DNA of 64,000 nt. Origin: Entomortierella parvispora E1425 (lineage: Eukaryota; Fungi; Mortierellomycota). The stretch is from positions 2,108,001-2,172,000 of the forward strand of contig BQFW01000008.1 in assembly GCA_020891255.1 (NCBI GenBank), written 5' to 3'. The position numbers were made by a program, and so were the translations under genes. Positions 58,178 through 64,000 of the stretch are shown piece by piece (positions within the stretch are counted from its first letter, which is position 1; every line of letters starts with the position of its first letter). Under the pieces are notes generated by a model that saw only the letters and a list, made by a program, of their open reading frames with translations, was not told where the DNA came from and did no database searches.

Positions 58178-61100
58178 TCAGTCGCGGACAAACGTAAGGT
58201 TGAAGGTGGACCCGTTGACCTCCTGGGCCTCCTCCACAAGAACAGCCTCCTCGGCCTTCTTGGCCGAGATGGGGTACAACGTCCTCTTCAAGCCCTTGAC
58301 AAGAGTCTCCTCCTGCTCCTTGATGACCTGCTCCAGAGCGTTGTTCATGTCCTGAGTAAACTCATAGTACATGTGGATCATATCCGTGGGCTCCAAGCCA
58401 GCCTTCTTGCGCAGACGTTGGACACGGTTGATGATCTCGCGGGCAAGACCCTCCTGCTCGAGCTCGGGGTAACGCTTGACATCCAAAAGAATCAACACGT
58501 CCTTGTCAGAGTTGGTCTCCAAACTGTTCTCAGTCGACTCAAAGAAGCGGATAACGGTCAAATCCTCCTCGCCCAAATCGTGACCCTCGAGAGTAATCTT
58601 CCTGGTCTTGATAAAGTCCTTGATCTCAGTCTCAGTCAACTTTGGCAAAGCGTTCTTGACCTTGACGGCATCCTTCTTCAGCTTGGCTCCCAAGGAACGG
58701 AAGTCAGCCTCAATCTTGTATTGGACACCATACTGGGCCTCATCCGAGGTAACAACCAAGTTGCGGATGTTGAGCTCGTCCACAATATACACCTCCAAAG
58801 ACTTGACATCGGCGTGGTACTGGGGATCGGGGTGGATCACAACCAACTCCTTCAAAGGAGTCTTCAAGCTGATAGTCTTGCGCTCGCGAACAGTACGTCC
58901 GAGCTCAATGACAGCCTGCATCCTCGACATGGCACGCTCAATATCATCGTCAAAGTACTCTTCCTTGGCCGTAGGGAAGTCCAAGAAGTGGACGGAGCGG
59001 TCATCAACAATCTTGGGGTCCTTGGGCATGAAGGTCTTGAGGGTCTGGTACATGTTCTCAGTCAAGAAGGGGGTGAAGGGAGACATGACGCGGACAAGGG
59101 TGTACAACACCTCAAAGAGAGTGTTCATAGCCTGGGTGGCGTCCTCCAGACCGTTCTCGCCCTTCAGGCGACGACGGTTGAATCGGACATACCAGTTGGT
59201 CAACTCCTCGATAAGACGAAGCAGACGGGGAACGACAGTGTACAGACGGTAGTTGGTCATTTCGTCGTGAACAAACTTGATCAAACTCTGGCAAGATGCG
59301 AGCATCCAGCGGTCCATAACATTGTCACTCTTCTTGAGCGAGACATTGTACATAAAGTCGTGGTTGAACTCCTTCTTCAAAAGGACGGTCTGGTTGACAA
59401 AGAACTTGTAAGCGTTGTACCAGGGCAAGAAAACCTTGGTGATAACATCCTTCACACCTTCCTCCTTGAACTTCAAGGTCTCGGCGCGAACGACAGGCGA
59501 GTTGATCAAATACAGGCGAAGGGCATCGGCACCATAAGCATCCAAGATCAGGTTGGCCTCGGGGTAGTTCTTCAGACGCTTCGACATCTTCTTTCCGTCC
59601 GAAGCGAGAACAAGACCGCTGACAATCTGGTTCTTGGCTGGAGGAGTGTCGAACAGATGGGTGGAGAGGACCAGGAGAGTGTAGAACCAACCGCGAGTCT
59701 GATCGAGACCCTCGGAAATGAAATCAGCGGGGAAGCCCTTGCTGAAAGACTCCTTGTTCTCGAAAGGATAGTGCTGCTGAGCATAGGGCATCGAGCCAGA
59801 CTCGAACCAGCAGTCAAAGACATCCTCCACGCGCTTCATGGTCTTGCCAGTCTTGGGCGACTTGAAGGTGATGTGATCAATGAAGTGACGATGGATATCG
59901 GTCAACTTTTCACATCCAGAGAGCTCTTCCAACTCCTTGAGAGAACCAATGCAGTGAACCTCGGAGAAATCATCGGTGGCCCAGATGGGGATGGGGGTTC
60001 CCCAGTAACGGGAGCGTGAGATGTTCCAGTCACGAGCATTGGCAATCCAGTTGGCGAAACGCTTCTCCTGGACAAAGCCAGGGACCCAACGAGACTGAGC
60101 GTTGTTCTTCAACATCTTGTCAACAACGGGCTGCACGCGGACGAACCACGAGGGGAAGGCCTTGTAGATCAAGGGAGTGTCGGAACGCCAGCAGAAGGGG
60201 TAACTATGGTTGATCTGGGTCTGAACAATCAAACGGCCAAGGCCCTTGAGGTGCTTCTGAATCAACTTGTCGGCCTCCTTAACGTGGATGCCCTTGAAAT
60301 CAACGACCTCGTCAAAGTACTTTCCAGACTCGTCGACGGGGCAAGGGATGTGACCATCAGGGGTGATAACTCCATGAGCAACGCACACGCGGTAATCGTC
60401 CTCACCAAAGGCGGGTGCCTGGTGAACAACACCGGTACCGGCGGAATCATCGACGTACTCGTCGTTCAAGACGCGGAATCCAGTGTTGACAAACTCCTTG
60501 TAGTAGTAGTCGAACAAGGGGACGTATTGAATACCCTTCAAATCGGATCCCTTCATTCTATCCAGGATCTTGAACTTTGCCTTTGAGGGGTCCTTGTAGA
60601 GCATGACCAAACGCTTCTCGAGCATAATGTAGGTGTTTCCAGAAGCCTCGTCATTGAACTTGATAAAGTCGTGAGTAGGGTTGACGCAAAGTGCCAAGTT
60701 GGATGGCAAGGTCCAGGGGGTGGTTGTCCAGGCCAAAAAAGAGACGGTAGGCTCGTTCAACAGGGGGAAAGAGACAACAACGGAGGGATCACTGACATCC
60801 TTGTAGTTCTGCTGAGCCTCAAAGTTAGAGACGGGGGTGCTGCAGGCAGTAGAGAAAGGCATGACGCGGACACCACGATAAACCTGACCCTTGTCGAAAA
60901 GAGTCTTGAAAACCCACCAAACAGACTCCATGAACTCGACATTCAAGGTCTTGTAGTCATTGTCGAAATCGATCCAGCGACCGGCACGCTCGACAGTCTG
61001 ACGCCACTCCTTGGCATATCTCATCACAATGCTTCGGCACTCCTCGTTGTACTTGTCAATACCCATGGTCATTACATCAGCCTTTCCAGTGATGCCCAGA

Positions 61101-61767
61101 GCCTTGTCAACCTCGTATTCGACGGGCAATCCATGGCAATCCCAACCGAAACGGCGCTCTACACTGTGACCAGTGCTGTGAGCGAAACGGGTGACGATAT
61201 CCTACGAAATTTTCATGAGATCCACGATTAATAAGAGGCTGGACTGGAATTAAATGTCAACAACCACCTGCCTCACACCGCAGATTTTGACATACCTTGA
61301 TGGTACCAGCGAGCAAATGTCCATAATGGGGAAGACCAGTGGCGAATGGAGGTCCATCGAAGAAAGCGAAAGGCTCCTTGTCCTTGTTGAGCTCCTGGGA
61401 GCGCTTGAACTGCGTGGTGGAAAGGTTAAATTTTAGAAAAAGCTCGAGTTCAGCAGGAGAGCATATGGATGTTCCATTGACAAAGAATGATATTGAGGAT
61501 ACATGAACCTACAGCATCAATCTCGCGCCAAAATGCGAGAATCTTTTCCTCCTCCTTGGGGAAGTTGAACTGAGCGGATCCTGTTGTTCAATAAATGAAA
61601 GATGACTACTGTCAGTGGTCGACAAAAAAGACATGCTGCGCGACATAGAAAGGACCAGTAGGCAGGATCGCACAGCACTGCATGAGGGAGAATGAGCCCG
61701 TTGAATGCACTGGACATGGGCCCAACGATTTTGCGACAGCGACGGGGCTCAACTTACCGTCAGCCAT
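58178..61767 (-). CDS. ILS1: Cytoplasmic isoleucyl-tRNA synthetase
   Basis: [40 protein letters not shown] and KMSKRL. Has a 10-nt first exon and short introns. Confidence 0.98.
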
Positions 61768-62017
61768 GGTATGTAGATGAGTGGGGTGAAGAAAGAGACG
61801 GGCATCCAACAGTGCTGGGCGGGCTTTGTGCCTCTCTCTGGAGCGGAGGTGTTTTGCGTGTGGCTTGGAGTGTGAGTATGAGTAATTTTAGACAGTCACA
61901 TTTTCTCGCGGCCCTGATGCACAGATGCTGAAAAGGCATCGCACTTTGGACCCAACTAAGACGACCGCAAACGCACCCAACAGCTCAGCACCCCGACACA
62001 CGCAGACGCATACGACC

Positions 62018-62830
62018 ATGAGACCACACAGAGGAGTCGTTGAGGAGGAGGATGCTGCTACTTTGAAGCTTGGTGCAGGTACATCCATCGACCTATCATT
62101 CATGCTTCTGGAAAAGACTGTTGCAATTGGAACGAAAGGGATGCAGACACTTGACTTAACATGACCCTTGCCATGCCGTTGGATGTCGACTTATAGATTT
62201 CCAGGATGCCCATTGTTTGTTTGTCTCAGAGGTCAAGATTTTGTTGGACGCGTCCCAAAGGCCCAATTCATCAGAGTATGCTCGCTTCACTACTCTGCGT
62301 TGTTATTCCGCCGACGACTGGACTCATCAGGAGTTTTAACATTTCTTTGTTCTTTGCATGGAACTAGGGTGTACCAAAAGTCCCTCAACTATGTCACCCA
62401 GTTCAACCGTTTCACAAACCCCGATGTTGTTCGTGAAGTCCGAGCGTAAGAGCCAACGGCGATCACAAGCCCTCTTTGCTTAGTGCCTAATGCTTGATAC
62501 TGAGGATTTCCATACGCCCTCGCTCTTTATAGTGGTATGAACGAAGAGCCGATTCACTCGACCCTCACTGGATTTGAATTGGCACAGTTGGCGAATCTGT
62601 GCTGTGAGGAGGCAGAAGAAGCCAAGGCTCTGATCCCAAGGTAACAAAAAAGAAAAAGGAGTCAGAAGAACATATTGTCGTTGATTTGTGAACTGACACT
62701 CTCAACTTTTCTTTTCGCCTGACTGCTGTCGATGCACTCTACTGTTCTCAGTCTTCAAAACAAGATTGATGACGAGTCATTGCAGAACTTTCTGAACCAG
62801 ACTCTTGATCTGAAGAAGTTTCAGTCTTGA
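62018..62830 (+). CDS. RPB4: RNA polymerase II subunit Rpb4
   Basis: EEEDAATLKLG, CLFVSEVKILL, VYQKSLNYVTQFNRF and FELAQLANLCCEEAEEAKALIPS. Multi-exon. Confidence 0.95.
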
Positions 62831-62876
62831 GCAAATAAATTGTATTATATTATTATTATTGATTTTCATAGATGAG

Positions 62877-64000
62877 CTATATCCTCGTTTTGGCATCTCC
62901 AAGGTGAAGCGCTACTGTCAGTGCATTAGACCCGCCAACAGCAGTGGCAACTTTGATACCAGTTGCTGCAGGTGTTTGTCCGTCGATGTGATCGGTCTCC
63001 AACTCTGCCGACGTGTTTGCGCCGTTTGAGGCACCCGTTTTGTGATTACCGTTGTTTGAAGTATGGGTGACAAAATTCGAAGTCTCGATCTCCGTGGTCG
63101 GAAACAAAACTGTCCCTTTCACAAAGCCTCCTTCTAATTTCACAGGCATTGGTGAGGAATGATGGGTGGTAGGAGGAGTGGAGATAGCAGACGAGATATC
63201 GCGATGATGATTATGGCCGCGCCTTGTTCCATCTTGATCTTCCGAAGTTGATGACAAAGACGAGGAAGATGAACTAGAGGGTGAAAAATGAAACGTCAAA
63301 GGGGCTGCAGTGCTGCTGCTGTGCTCCGGACCTCTCTGCTGAGACATTTGAGCTGAATTTGTGCTAGAAGGCATTGGCCCAGCCTGCAAGAAACCAGGAC
63401 TGTTGGCCTCACTCTCATCGGCACTGTTGGACATCTTGTACTTGTAGTCACTGATGCTGCTTTCGTCAGAGTTACTGTCTTTCCCGTCATTGGAAGTGGC
63501 TGTAAAGTATGATGTATGAGGAATATCGCTCAGGCTGATAAGTGACAGACGGTCTACGTCAGGATTGAATCGCTTCTGTCCGACTAGATCGCTTGGACTA
63601 TTGGGTCTGTAGATTTTGCCAGGGGCAGTGGTTCCATTCGGAGCTGCGGTGCCAGAGATGGAAGGCGTCCGCGCTAAAGCCGTAGAAGAAACGGACGGCA
63701 CATGAAAGTGATTTTCGATCCTTCCAAGACTGGTTCTGCTGGAGGATGATGGGACAGCCTTCATTAGGATACTCTCCAACGTAACGCTGCTTCGGTTCAG
63801 TTTCTGTGCCAAAATACCGGTCGGTCCATTATGCAACCCCTGAGATGCAGAGGCTGCAGCCAAGGCCGCGGCTGCTGTGTTTGTCGTTGTTGTGGCGGTG
63901 TTTGGCGACAAACTGGACTTTGATGAAGTAGCTGCTACTGAGCGAGCCAGACCACCGCTCTTTGACCCAGAGAGAGTTGATGAACCTCTCCGTGACATAG
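62877..64000 (-). CDS. C-terminal part of a Ser/Ala-rich hypothetical protein, truncated by the window edge
   Basis: An open frame of 373 or more codons runs off the right edge. It is low complexity with no recognisable domain. Confidence 0.7.
   Translation of the reverse strand, partial: MSRRGSSTLSGSKSGGLARSVAATSSKSSLSPNTATTTTNTAAAALAAASASQGLHNGPTGILAQKLNRSSVTLESILMKAVPSSSSRTSLGRIENHFHVPSVSSTALARTPSISGTAAPNGTTAPGKIYRPNSPSDLVGQKRFNPDVDRLSLISLSDIPHTSYFTATSNDGKDSNSDESSISDYKYKMSNSADESEANSPGFLQAGPMPSSTNSAQMSQQRGPEHSSSTAAPLTFHFSPSSSSSSSLSSTSEDQDGTRRGHNHHRDISSAISTPPTTHHSSPMPVKLEGGFVKGTVLFPTTEIETSNFVTHTSNNGNHKTGASNGANTSAELETDHIDGQTPAATGIKVATAVGGSNALTVALHLGDAKTRI

Noticed and set aside
58373-60019. 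548-aa plus-strand ORF (and 58608-59252)
   Set aside because: It is the antisense shadow of the strongly codon-biased ILS1 gene, with no motifs and no independent gene signals.

Overview
Eukaryotic genomic DNA from an early-diverging fungus. A Mortierellaceae-like origin is inferred from the short GT-AG introns, gene content and TE style. There are three zones. (1) 1-13314 is a nested stack of at least 7 Ty3/gypsy (partly chromovirus) LTR retrotransposon insertions that runs off the left edge. It includes a near-complete but disabled element (1123-7146), solo LTRs, tRNA-iMet primer sites and two -1 frameshift signals with covarying hairpins. (2) 20.6-26.1 kb is a decayed accessory island. It holds an intron-containing Fanzor (eukaryotic TnpB-like RNA-guided nuclease) pseudogene, a candidate omega-RNA/right-end region and a Helitron helicase relic. 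(3) The rest is compact housekeeping sequence: SFP1-like zinc finger, GPI1, HSL-family lipase, CTU1/NCS6, HSF, an atypical mitochondrial-targeted NMP kinase, MDR oxidoreductase, beta-adaptin, DOMON protein, GatA, FAH, GALE, NTE1, ILS1, RPB4 and several orphans. No rRNA, tRNA or CRISPR array was recognised. All protein calls come from motif recognition by eye with no database searches, and exon boundaries are approximate.
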